Shown: positions 23,977 through 35,600, numbered from the stretch's first letter. The stretch: 64,000 nucleotides of DNA from Felis catus (GCF_018350175.1 NC_058368.1:72852001-72916000), one strand, 5' to 3'. The notes: a model not told the origin generated them from the sequence alone. Translations and numbers: made by a program.

Positions 23977-24182
23977 GGGGCGCCTGGGTGGCTCGGTCGG
24001 TTAAGCCTCCGACTTCAACTCAGGTCATGATCTCCTGGTTCCTGAATTCGAAAGGAGCATCAGGCTCTGTGCTGACAGCTCAGAGCCTGGAGCCTGCTTC
24101 GGATTCTGTGTCTCCCTCTCTCTCTCTCTGCTCCTCCCCTGCTTGTGCTCTGTCTCTCTCTCTCAAAAATAAAAATAAAGAT
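23977..24182 (+). mobile_element. CAN-SINE nested in the tail of the preceding SINE
   Basis: taaaaaaaattt duplicated at 23965-23976 and 24183-24194. Confidence 0.93.
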
Positions 24183-24637
24183 TAAAAAAAATTTTAATGA
24201 AAAACCAAATATTTTATATTGTATCTATTTGCTGACCTGAAGTAAAATTCATAGAACTTACCCTTACACACAATTTTTCTAATTCAATATAATGCTATAA
24301 ATAGAATATAAAGGAGCAAGAGAAGGATAATTACTTTAAATGAAGCCAGATGTATCTCAGTATATAAATGATTAAGTATGACTATTCTAGAAGAAATAAT
24401 AAAGAATCTGATACCTCTTAAACTACACGTTCTGAAGTCACAGAATGAATTTAGAAACTTGGGGGGGGAGGGAGTCACATTGGAGGCCTCAGATCTATGT
24501 GGAGAATCCCTTGATGGTGACAGTCATGAATTAAAGCTGCTACACTTATCTTTAATGAGTGCTGCCATTCATAGTATGATTTTCCAAAATGGTGAACAAC
24601 TCTTCATAAAGTTCTCAACAAAAAGATAATGATCTTT

Positions 24638-24859
24638 GGGGTGCCTGGGTGCCTCAGTCAGTTAAGTGTCTGATTCCTGATTTCAGCTCAGGTCATGATC
24701 TCAAGGTCATGAGATTGAGCTCCGCATTGGGCTCTGCACTGGGCATGGAGCCTGCTTGGGATTCTCTCTCCCTCCCCCTCTCCCTCTCCCCTGCTTACGA
24801 TCTCTGTCTTAATAAAATAAAATAAAATAAAATAAAATAAAATAAAATAAAATAAAATA
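24638..24859 (+). mobile_element. CAN-SINE with (AAATA)n tail
   Basis: SINE head; atgatctt duplicated on both sides. Confidence 0.93.
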
Positions 24860-24969
24860 GGTATGATCTTCTGATGTACATGGCAGGGTGTTCCTGAAAA
24901 TTTCAGCTACTGTTAAAACCATCAAAAAATTACTTAGTGTTTATAGTTTGTTTAAAAAAAAAGAGTTAG

Positions 24970-26154
24970 GCACAGACAACCCGATTTTAAAAATGGGCTG
25001 AAGACCTTAACAAATACCTCACCCAAGGAGATGTGTGGATGGCAAATCAGCACATGAAAAGATGCTCTATCTCATATGCCATCAGGGTAATGCCAACTAA
25101 AACAACAATAAGATACCACCAACCACCTACTAGAATGACAAAAATCCAGAACACCAACAACACCAAGTGCTGGTGAGGATATGGGGCAACAGCAACCCTC
25201 TTTCACTGCAGGTGGGAATGCCAAATAGTACATGCACTTTGGAAGACAGGCAAGTTCTTATAAAACCAAAATCATCTTACCATGATCCAGCAATCTTGTT
25301 CCTTGGTATTTACCCAAAGGGGTTAAAAATTTACATGTATACAGGGGCGCCTGGGTGGCACAGTCGGTTAAGCGTCCGACTTCAGCCAGGTCATGATCTC
25401 GTGGTCCGTGAGTTCGAGCCCCGCGTCGGGCTCTGGGCTGATGGCTCAGAGCCTGGAGCCTGTTTCCGATTCTGTGTCTCCCTCTCTCTCTGCCCCTCCC
25501 CCGTTCATGCTCTGTCTCTCTCTCTCTGTCCCAAAATAAATAAAAACGTTGAAAAAAAATTAAAAAAAAAATTTACATGTATTCAAAAACCTGCCCAAAG
25601 ATGTTTATAAAAGCTTTCTTCATAATTGCCAAAACTTGGAAGCAACTAAGATATTCTTTAGTAGGTGAATGGATCAATAACTCTGGTACATCCAGACAAT
25701 GGAGTATCATTCATCAATAAAAAGAAACAAGTTATCAAGACATGAAAAGACAGGGAGGAACCCTAACTGCATATCTGGAAAAGGTAAAGCTATAGAGACA
25801 GTAGAAAGAGCAGTGGTTTCCAGAGGTGAGGGAGGAGGAAAGGGTGAACAGGATGAGCGCAAAGGGTGTTGAGGGCAGTGAAGCTACTCTGTATGAGACC
25901 ACAATGGTGAATACATTTGTTTAAATTCATAGAATGTACAACACCAAGAGTGAACCCCAATTTAAACTATGGGCTTTGAAGGTTATGACATGTCAGTGGA
26001 GGTTCATACATTGTGACAAATATACTACTTTGGTGGTGATGCTCATAGTGGTGGAGGCTAGCCATGCATGGGGACAGGGGATATTTGGGAAATCTCTGGA
26101 CCTCCCTCTTATTTTTCCTGTGAACCTAAAACTGCTCTAAAAAAGCAGAGTATA
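24970..26154 (+). mobile_element. Old L1M (L1MC-like) ORF2 end and 3'UTR, interrupted by a SINE
   Basis: 'aaaatgggctgaagaccttaac...cacatgaaaagatgctc' and 3' end 'tgtgaacctaaaactgctctaaaaaa'. Confidence 0.85.
25344..25566 (+). mobile_element. Young felid CAN-SINE
   Basis: cagccagg / ctgggctgatggc / gtttccga / cccaaaataaataaaaacgttg variant; TSD aaaaatttacatgtat(a/t)ca. Confidence 0.97.
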
Positions 26155-26385
26155 GGGGCACCTGGGTGGCTCAGTTGGTTGAGCGTCCGACTTCAGCTCA
26201 GGTCACGATCTCACAGTTTGTGAGTTTGAGCCCCGCGTCGGGCTCTGTGCTGACAGCTTGGAGCCTGGAGCCTGGAGCCTGCTTCAGATTCTGTGTCTCC
26301 CTGTCTCTGCCCCTTCCCCTCTCATGTTCTCTCTTTGTCTCTCAAAAATGAATAAACATCTAAAAAAATGTAAAAAAAAAATAAA
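26155..26385 (+). mobile_element. CAN-SINE in L1 tail
   Basis: SINE head and tail; extra gagcctg unit; degenerate TSD ending agtata. Confidence 0.95.
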
Positions 26386-27269
26386 AAAACAAAGTATATT
26401 TTTAAAAAGAGTTGGGTTTATTACTATTAACAAGTGTTTTCCCCCATTTGAAGTACAATAGGAAACTTGACAGTCAGAATATGCAGAGCAATTAATTCTT
26501 CAGTGTGTAGGATTGTCCTCCACTTTAAAGACAGTTTGGTGGAGAAGCTCTTAACATTGTCAGAAGTCCTTCTCATGCTTCCTCTCAAGTGTCCAGCCCT
26601 CCCCTGGGACGGTAGTGCCCCCATAGAGAATCACTGGCCAAGTTCCTTCTGACACTTGCTCTCTGAATGATTTCCCAACCTTTCATCCCTATCCAAGTGC
26701 AAATGACTTATTTCCTTCCCATTTCTTCCAAAGTCCTATTACTTGAGGATACATATCCTAACACCCTCACAGGCCAACCAAAGCTCAACGAGGAAACTTA
26801 TCTTGATATCCAACACAAGAAAATTTATGACCAAATATTGGACATACTTAAGAAGAGAAAACTTCTCTTCTTGAGTCATTTCCTTTTGCATAAAATAATT
26901 TTCCAAACCACGGAATCAATTTTCACATATGAGAGCTGGCTCACACACTATCTAGCACATGGTAGGACCCATATGTAAAATAAAGGATGACAGTGAGTTT
27001 GTTCACATTTGCATGACAGCTGTTTTATGGTATGCAAATAAAAATATGATATCAGTAAGACAGGTGCATCCATGTGTGATGCAAAACTACTAAATGTGTG
27101 GTAATTAATCTCACTACCAATGAATTAGTGCAATGTACTATTTTTCTCTTACTCGTTAGTCACTGTGGTCTATCTAGCTCAGTGAATTGAGAACATCAAA
27201 ATTATTGTTTGTGACCTTGTCTATTCTCACCCCTTGGTATTCACTCCAAGAGGCATAGTAAAAACACTC

Positions 27270-27400
27270 CATCCACTGGAATAAATTCCAATAGGACAAA
27301 GTTTTTGGTCATTTCATTATGTTCCAGAATCTAGAAGGAATCTGACATATGATAGATGCTCAAAAAATTGTTTTGGATGAATGATGAATGAAGAAATGGA
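27270..27400 (+). mobile_element. L2 3' end
   Basis: 'ctgacatatgatagatgctcaaaaaattgttttggatgaatgatgaatgaa'. Confidence 0.55.
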
Positions 27401-27625
27401 TATTGTGACTAGCATGTGTGAGGTACTGCGATAAAGAAAAAGAACAAAAACACAACAAAAAGTCTCTGCCCTCATGGAACCACCTGTCACCTGGGGAGAT
27501 AGATGCTAATACTAGTGATGTACATGCTGATATGTATTGTGTATATTCCTAGGATAATATCAAGAACAGAGAACTGATACTTCCTATGGGTCAAGAGACA
27601 ACTAACAAAAATTTATTTATACTAA

Positions 27626-27793
27626 AGCAGGCTATCTTACACTCAGCATGATTTATATTTGGGGCTGGATAATCTTTGTTGCAGGAGGCTATTTTGTGGA
27701 CTAAAGAATGTTTTGTGTCATCTCTTGCCTCTACCCAGCAGACGCCAGTAGTGGGTCCCCCAAAATATCTGGAAACCAGAGAAGAAACACTGC
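27626..27793. mobile_element. MER20-like hAT fossil
   Basis: 'tttggggctggataatctttgttg...cctctacccagcagacgccagtag...gaaacactgc'. Confidence 0.75.
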
Positions 27794-28369
27794 TTTAAAT
27801 AGTATGAGTTTACCTCACAGAGAAAAGGAAGAGGAGAAAAATCATGAGCTTCTGGATGACAAGGCCTGCACTGTATGTATCTTTGCCTTCTACCAAATAG
27901 CTTTGGGTTGATAATAAAAAGAAATAATAAATGCCTTGTACTTATATTGCTTTTATAGTATGTGAAGTCCATTCATGTACATGTGATTCTTACAAACAAC
28001 CTGGTAAGAAAACAGGGTGGATCTTTCTTTCTTTATAAAATGAAAACACAGTCCAGATAAGTCAAATGAGGCACCCAAGGTCAATCTTAGATTTTAGTGA
28101 TCTTTGTCCTTTTCAAAATTTTCCTTCAATATTTATTGCATTTTGAGCCACTATGACCACTCAGATTACTTATTCTTCCAGGCTGTGTCTGTCTGCGTTA
28201 AATCACAATTGTTTAATAACTTCAACCAATAGACTGCTTCTATCCCACATGTTGACTCTATGCCAGACACTTTGCTACATGCTGCAGCTAAAACTCTGAG
28301 CACTAGGTTCCTGTTAGAATGGCAAATCTTTGATATTGTGTTGAAAATGGGGGCATTTTCCCCGCAAGG

Positions 28370-28535
28370 ACACAGCATAGGGAATATAGTCAATGTTATC
28401 GTAGTATTGTTGCAAGGTGGCAGACCATAGCTACACTTGTGGTGAAGCACGGCATCTACACACAGACTTATGGAATCACTATATTGTATGCCTGAAACTA
28501 CCGTAACATTGTTATGTCAACTATGCTTAAAAAAA
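28370..28535 (+). mobile_element. L1 (L1_Carn/L1MA-like) 3' end
   Basis: 'cacagcatagggaatatagtcaat...gaatcactatattgtatgcctgaaacta...gtcaactatgcttaaaaaaa'. Confidence 0.8.
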
Positions 28536-29614
28536 TTGTGACCCAAAAGAGGAAGGTCTTACAACTCTAAAATCAGGTTTGGAGGAGAAATAAAAAAGAG
28601 AAGAAATGCAGTCTGGCACATGAAAACTGAGCTACTTCTCAGATCTGGCCAGAGAGTGCAAAGCAGGATAGAAACAAGTACCTGACCAAGAATGACCCAT
28701 GTAAGAGATGGGGGGCTTGATGAGGGACCCAGAAACCTGGCTTCTCCTCCAGCTGCTTCACTAAGTTGTCGATCTTAAGCAAGTCATTTGTCCTTTTCAG
28801 GTGTCATTCCAGATTATCTAGACCCTTACCTCTCAGGCCGTTTAACTGACATGGGATTGTCATTTCAGTGCAATTTCCACATGCTACCTGGCTGCTGGGC
28901 TGTTGTCACTGCTGCCCCATCGTCCTTGTCCAGTGAGGCAACTGGAAGGAACTCCAAGCTCACAGTTTCAAGTTCTGTTTAGCTTTGACTCGGGGATATT
29001 AGAAATGGGTTGCACAGAAATGACACTGTAATGTGAAAGCCGACATTCAACACAGAGTGGCTCCAGCCAGCTGTGCTAATTGATCTTGAAACCTATTTGC
29101 ACAGGCTACACCTCCAGAACAATTGTGCTTCCCTGACTGAGTCTCACCTGGGGTCAAGATCAGGATGGCCAACTGATATCCTTGTGACTCTACAGGGAGT
29201 ATTTTCTAATTGGATTCTCCACTTACACAGCCACTCTCCTCTTCCTGGCAGGCTCTGCCTTAATTGCCAATTATCCAAGAGAAGATTTCCTTCTTTTTGC
29301 TGCCTCCCCATCCCAACTGCAAAAAGAGATTGAAACTCTGAAAGCTGCTTTTATTAATTACATGAATGTTCTATTTGGGGGAAGAAGGAAATATGTAAAT
29401 AAACTAATATGTCCATAAAAACATACTCTATGTATTTATTGCAGAATGGAAATTATTTTTTAGATCATTGATCCTGTTGAAAATGGATAAAACAAAGACA
29501 CCTCTTCCCCCCCACCCACCCAAAAAAGGCATATGCATCATTATGTGTTACTTCTAGGTGATATAGCTATACTCTGAAACTTTGATTTAATCCAGTTTTG
29601 AAAGTGCTGCCTTG

Positions 29615-29690
29615 GCAATTGTAAAGAATGCTGCCAAGATATGGGAGCAATGCAAGTGTCCATGGATAGATAAATGGGATATAAAGTATG

Positions 29691-29735
<45 letters not shown>

Positions 29736-29736
29736 C

Positions 29737-29774
<38 letters not shown>

Positions 29775-30356
29775 CATATATACTATTTCATTATATATAC
29801 TATACACATACATTGTAATATATGTAAATGTCACATTGTATATCCTATATACATATACTATGTGGACACATAGCCATGAAAAATTATTAGATCTTGCCAT
29901 TTATGACAACATGGATGGACCTTGAGGGTATTATGGTAAGTGAAATAAGTGAGACATAGAAAGAGAAATACCATATGATTATACAGTTTTTTGGAACCTA
30001 AAAAATAAAGCAAATGGACAAACAAAATAGAAACTGACTCCTAGATAAAGGAAACAAACTGTTGGTTACCAGAGTGGGAGGGATTGGGAGGGGGGTAGGC
30101 AAAATATTTGATGGGTATTAGGAAGTAAACATTGCCAGTTATGAAATAAATAAATCATGAAGATGTAATGTATAGCATGGGGAATATAGCCAATAACATT
30201 GTAATAACCTTGTATGGTGATGGTAACAGGACTTACCATGGGGATCATTTTATAGGGTATAAAAATATCAAATCAGTATGATGTACACCTGAAACTAATA
30301 GGATATTGTATGTCAATTATACTTCAATATAAGTAAATAAATAGAAACAAAAGGAG
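29615..30356 (+). mobile_element. L1 (L1_Carn/L1MA-like) 3' portion with very short inverted 5' segment
   Basis: L1 3' sequence and A-rich tail; TSD aagtgctg(c/t)cttg at 29602-29614 and 30357-30369. Confidence 0.9.
29694..29770. repeat. Interrupted (TA)n microsatellite inside L1
   Basis: Two TA runs, each followed by cacaccat. Confidence 0.95.
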
Positions 30357-31479
30357 AAGTGCTGTCTTGAAGTGACTACAATGTTCATTATTTCTAAACT
30401 CACGCTCCCTCAAAGCTGTTTCACTGTTGCACAAGTCACCTCAGACTACTCTCCACTGTTCAGGAGCAGAGAAATATATTGTTAGCCCTCTACAACTCTC
30501 CCACATCGAATCGCAAACACACTATCTGACCAGATACATGCAGATCACTTTTAGTTTAATGAAAATATGGATAAAATGTGTCAAGCAAAACGTTCCAGAT
30601 TTATTGGAGACACACTACTGATGCACTCTGACTCCCCACAGTGGCCTGCAAATCGGGATATTTTCTTATCATCATGCTTCACAAGAACAGAATAGCAATG
30701 GTGACGAAAACATGTGGCGGTACCTCACTGACATTCCACATCCGTGTCAGTGAAGAAGCTGTCTTCAGAGTCTGAGGTTATCAATGGCTTTTGCTCATCT
30801 GATCATTGTTCTGTTCCATTTGAGTAGTTGAAATGTCCTCTGGGGGGCGGGGGGTGGTGGTGGTGAAGCTCCAAGAACTGTCTCAGATGCTTCAAAGCAC
30901 CCAGGTGAGGACATAGGTAGACTAAGAACATCACAACATCAGCTAAATATGCATCCTTCAGGAATGATTTACAGGGAAATTCCTGTGCAGATAAAGGAAA
31001 GCTGTAACCCAGACCAGAATACATGTCAATACACACAGAAGTTTTAATCTCGCAGAACTCCTGTAACAGGAATGTTTGATCTCTTCCACAAACATCAAGT
31101 TTTTAGAACTTCACAGTGATGAAAATATGCAAAGTGGCATAAGGCTGAGATAGGAGGACTCCATTAAGATAAAAAGAGACCTTTAGCATAACTCATTTTC
31201 CTGATTACTATGCAGCACTGTAGTATCTATCATGTTACCCATCACGCAAACTTCTTAACAAGTTGGAAAATAATAGAAAGGAGCATGCAGGTGCAGGATA
31301 ATGGGGCTTAGCACACAATACTGTATATTGTTCATAGGGAACTCCTGAAAGGAAGAACCACACATTTCATGTATCTGATTAGCAAGCACACTGATCCCTG
31401 ATATAATTCGAAGAAGTGCAATGTGTATGTACATTTTTTCCCCTTGAATCTGGTTGTATGTTTTAAATTGGACAAATAA

Positions 31480-31695
31480 GGGGCGCCTGGGTGGCGCAGC
31501 CGGTTAAGCGTCCGACTTCAGCCAGGTCACGATCTCGCGGTCCGTGAGTTCGAGCCCCGCGTCGGGCTCTGGGCTGATGGCTCGGAGCCTGGAGCCTGTT
31601 TCCGCTTCTGTGTCTCCCTCTCTCTCTGCCCCTCCCCCGTTCATGCTCTGTCTCTCTCTGTCCCAAAAATAAATAAACGTTGAAAAAAAAAATTT
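31480..31695 (+). mobile_element. Very young felid CAN-SINE
   Basis: CpGs largely intact; perfect TSD aaattggacaaataa at 31465-31479 and 31696-31710. Confidence 0.98.
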
Positions 31696-33135
31696 AAATT
31701 GGACAAATAAATCGCATGATTCAAGTATCTTAATGCAGTCTGAAAAATCTTGCTCCTTGAACTCTAGATAACCTCGCTGGTAGCCACATGGAGGCTACTG
31801 GAGCATGAAGACAGTCATTCAGGCAGAGGGGTCCAGAGTCTGACAATCACGTGGAATAAGGGTAAAAAGAGCTGAACACCATGGTTCCTCGCCAATGTGT
31901 CCTCACAAGTGTGATCACTTAATAATCACTAAGTAATTACTGTCTTCTCCCTTCCCACTGAGGGACTCTGTTATGTCTACATCACCTCTGTAACCTCCAC
32001 TCAACCTACAAGAATGAAAAAGGTGCCTTCTACCCTTGCACCGATCAAGACACCCTGATTGTCCAGCCATCCACCCCCTGACCCCTTTTTCCAAAGCCTG
32101 TCTGTGGTCTCTAGCTGATTGCTAGAATGATATTCAGAATAAAATTATCATAAAAAAGATACATCCATATAATATAATTACAAACACAAATGGATTGTGT
32201 TTAGCTGTACCCACAAACAAACTTTATTAATGTTAAAATTTGTCCACAATGACTGGGAAAAGTTAATGCATATATCCAGGAAATATATTTGAGTTTCATT
32301 AATACAAAGAACACCAATATAACAGCTCTCACAGTTATTAGTATTTTATAGGAAAATGAATTAAAAATGAAGAACTACAAGGGTAGTAGTATGATAATAC
32401 AGCAGATATGAAAAGTCAGCATAGATGCTCAGGCCTCAATTTAGGGACTTAGTCATCAAGCTTTATTTGACAGTTTAACTCATTGTTGTGTCCAACTACC
32501 ATTTCACTCAAATGGCACAATGAACAAATTGTGAGTACTCTCTTTGATAACCAAAGAGAGTTGCAAAGCACAAGATAGCGTTGTTAGATTGAAAGACTTA
32601 ATTTATTTTCTACCATCAGAAAGCAGGAAATAAAAAAAATAAACATAAATGCACGGATTTGCTTGAATGGAAGCATGATTTTCACATTGATAAATTAGTT
32701 CAGAATAAATGTTGCTATCCCACTAATTCCGTTCTCTCCATGACCACCACTGTCTGCCATATTTAATTTGGAAAAAAAAATCAATTGGGCCACCAAACCA
32801 TCTTATCAGATGGATCTTTTTGGGTAGGTATCAGGTTAGTGTTACATTTTAGCATTAAACTATTAAGAGTACGTTACTTTATAGCATCCAAAGAACCAAA
32901 CCCATGCAACCTTAGAGATGAATTAGAGAACTATATTCAGAATGCAAAATTTGCATATCAAAATAGATAAATATTACATATATTATTCTTTTGTTTGTAG
33001 TCTCCATAAGAAGTTAATGCTAAGACATTTAAAGGAGAAATTTAAAAGTGAAATGCATCCGGATAGCACGAAAGACCATCCAAAGGCTATTTTGGCTTTT
33101 ATTAAACAAAATTAGCCAGTTCACCCCCCTCCACT

Positions 33136-33152
33136 CCTCTCTCTCTCTCTCT

Positions 33153-33195
<43 letters not shown>
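33136..33195. repeat. Compound (CT)n(CA)n microsatellite
   Basis: Direct reading. Confidence 0.95.
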
Positions 33196-33197
<2 letters not shown>

Positions 33198-33475
33198 ATC
33201 TTGGCAGTTTTTAATTTGTGGTTTATTTTAGGAATATTTTAGGTGACAGTGCAAGCCTGAAAGCTTTTTATTGTAATCATTTCTTGAGAGATTTGTCAAG
33301 ATACCCACTTTTTATCACTGCCTTCCTGAGGGCAAGAAGAATAAGGATTGGAATGTTTTAAACATCTGCATCTTTACAAGTATTTTTTTGTTAACATTAT
33401 AAAGAAAGATAAACCCATTCTCTTTATGCCTTCTATTTAGAAGTGAAAAAATATTTTCATAAGAAAAGAGAATGG

Positions 33476-33680
33476 GGGCACCTGCGTGGCTCAGTTGGTT
33501 GAGCATCTGACTTCAACTCAGATCGTGGCTTTGAGCCCCGTGTGGGGCTCTGTGGGGACAGCTCAGAACCTGGAGCCTGATTCCGATTCTATGTCGCCCT
33601 CTCTCCCTGCCTCTCCCCTGCTCACGCTCTGTCTTTCTCTCCCAAGAATAAATAAACATTTAAAAAATTAAGAAGAAAAA
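33476..33680 (+). mobile_element. CAN-SINE with small internal deletion
   Basis: TSD aagaaaagagaatgg at 33461-33475 and 33681-33695. Confidence 0.95.
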
Positions 33681-33800
33681 AAGAAAAGAGAATGGATGTC
33701 TGTAGTTTGGTGACATTCCTTTGAGATGAGATTTTCTTAAGGCCGGTTTATTATTTTGTCAGTTAAAAGAAGTGGTAACTGATATAAAGTTTTTCTTTTT

Positions 33801-33807
33801 TTAAATT

Positions 33808-33854
<47 letters not shown>

Positions 33855-34262
33855 AATTCAAGTCAGTTAACATACTGTGGAGTATTGGTTCCAGGAGTAG
33901 AGCCTAGTGCTTCATCACTTACACACAACACCCAGTGCTCCTCCCAATAAGTGCACACCCCACACCCACCTCCCCTCCAGCAGCCCTCAGTTTATTCTCT
34001 GTATTTAAGAATCTCTTATGGTTTGCCTCCCTCTCTGTTTTTATTCTATTTTTTCCTTCCCTTCCCCTGTGTTCATCTGTTTTGTTTCTTAAATTCCACA
34101 TGTTGACTGATGAATGGATAAAAAAAGATGGTGATCAACAAAAAGGAAATCTTGCCATTTGCAACAACATGGACGGAACTAGACTATCGGAGGCTAAGCG
34201 AAATAAGTCAGTGAGAGAAAGGCAAATGTCATATGATTGCATTCCTATGTGGAATTTAAGAA
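33801..34262 (-). mobile_element. Carnivore L1 3' fragment with 5' inversion; tail expanded to (TCTA)n
   Basis: Antisense 3'UTR 33801-~34102, then sense L1 'gactgatgaatggataaa...atgtggaatttaagaaa' to 34262. Confidence 0.88.
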
Positions 34263-34278
34263 ATAGTTTTTCTTCTTT

Positions 34279-34492
34279 AAGTGTTTTTTAAATGTTTATT
34301 TGTTTATTTTGAGAGAGACAGAGAGAGAGTGAGTGGGGAAGGGGCAGAGAGAGGGAGAGAGAGAATCCCAAGCAGGCTTCATGCTGTCTGCACAGAGTCA
34401 GATCTGGGGCAAGAACACATGAACTATGAGATCATGACCTGGGCCAAAACTTCGAGTTGGACACTTAACCAACTAAGCCACCCAGACCCCCC
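34279..34492 (-). mobile_element. CAN-SINE (older)
   Basis: Antisense SINE, CpG-decayed. Confidence 0.93.
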
Positions 34493-34507
34493 TAAAGTCT
34501 TTCTTTT

Positions 34508-34718
34508 TTTTTTTTCAACGTTTATTTATTTTTGGGACAGAGAGAGACAGAGCATGAACGAGGGAGGGGCAGAGAGAGAGGGAGACACAGAATCGGAAAC
34601 AGGCTCCAGGCTCTGAGCCATCAGCCCAGAGCCTGACGCGGGGCTCGAACTCACGGACCGCGAGATCATTACCTGGCTGAAGTCGGACGCTTAACCGACT
34701 GAGCCACCCAGGCGCCCC
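34508..34718 (-). mobile_element. Young felid CAN-SINE
   Basis: Antisense, CpG-rich; TSD taaagt(c/t)tttctttt at 34493-34507 and 34719-34733. Confidence 0.97.
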
Positions 34719-34869
34719 TAAAGTTTTTCTTTTTAACCAAAGTTTACCTTAAAGAGATTAGGAAAGCTTCTAGTCTATGAAATGACTTACTCTAGGCTCA
34801 TATAAACAGATTTTTTTTCCCCAGAATGTCCTAGAACACGCTGTTTAATGATATGTAATAGTGGGAAAA

Positions 34870-35050
34870 AAACAAGACTTTAATAACAAACTCTGGTCAT
34901 GCCACTTATAAGCTGTTGTGACCTTAGGAAAACTATTCAGTCTCATTTTTCTCTTCTGAAAAATGGGGTAATAATAAATATCTACACTGCATGGTCACTG
35001 TGAAATCTTATGGGATAATGAGTATGTGTAAAATAAGTATCAGAATGCCT
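34870..35050 (+). mobile_element. MIR fragment
   Basis: 'tgccacttataagctgttgtgaccttaggaaa...ctgaaaaatggggtaataata'. Confidence 0.75.
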
Positions 35051-35078
35051 GATATATTGTAGATTACTATATGGTAAC

Positions 35079-35417
35079 TGTTAGGATGTCCTTGGAACCA
35101 CAGTAGAGGGGACGGCCGTCTTGCCAGCGCAACCCAATGAAAAGCCCCTAGTAGCTGCCAGAACGAATTGGAGGTCAACCAATCACCGAGCGACAGCACG
35201 ACCTGACCAAAAAAGGCCCACCCAGGCCTAAACCCGGAACCGCTGCAGCTTAAAAACCCCACCCCACCACACCCGGGGGACTTCCCTGACTCCTCTCTCT
35301 CTCTCCCAGAGTCACGAACCTCGCCGGAGACCTTAGTTCCCAAATAAAGCCTTTGACTGCTAAAATTTTTTAGCCTCTGACTCCTATCTTTACCCTGCCT
35401 TACGCCTGACCCTAACA
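35079..35417 (+). mobile_element. Young solo ERV LTR (339 bp; family not identified, ERV1-like layout)
   Basis: Inverted termini tgttagg...cctaaca; 5-bp TSD gtaac (35074-35078, 35418-35422); CCAAT boxes, TATA-like ttaaaaa, aataaa at 35343. Confidence 0.92.
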
Positions 35418-35439
35418 GTAACTACCACTGTTTTATCCC

Positions 35440-35600
35440 AGTATGGTTTCCCATGTTTTATGCTCACAGCATCACTAGGAGATTGATTATAATCTCCATT
35501 TTAAAACTCAGAGCTTAGAGGTTCAGTAACTTTCCTATTGTCTCATAAAATTCCTCTGCAAGTCTTTGGATTCTAAATCCAGATTCTATTTTCCCTGACT
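35440..35600 (-). mobile_element. MIR fragment
   Basis: 'tattataatctccattttaaa...gcttagaggttcagtaactttcc'. Confidence 0.5.

Noticed and set aside
25167..25610. 147-aa ORF
   Set aside because: Chimera of decayed L1 and SINE sequence
29541..29925. YI/IY-repeat ORFs on both strands
   Set aside because: Translation of a (TA)n microsatellite
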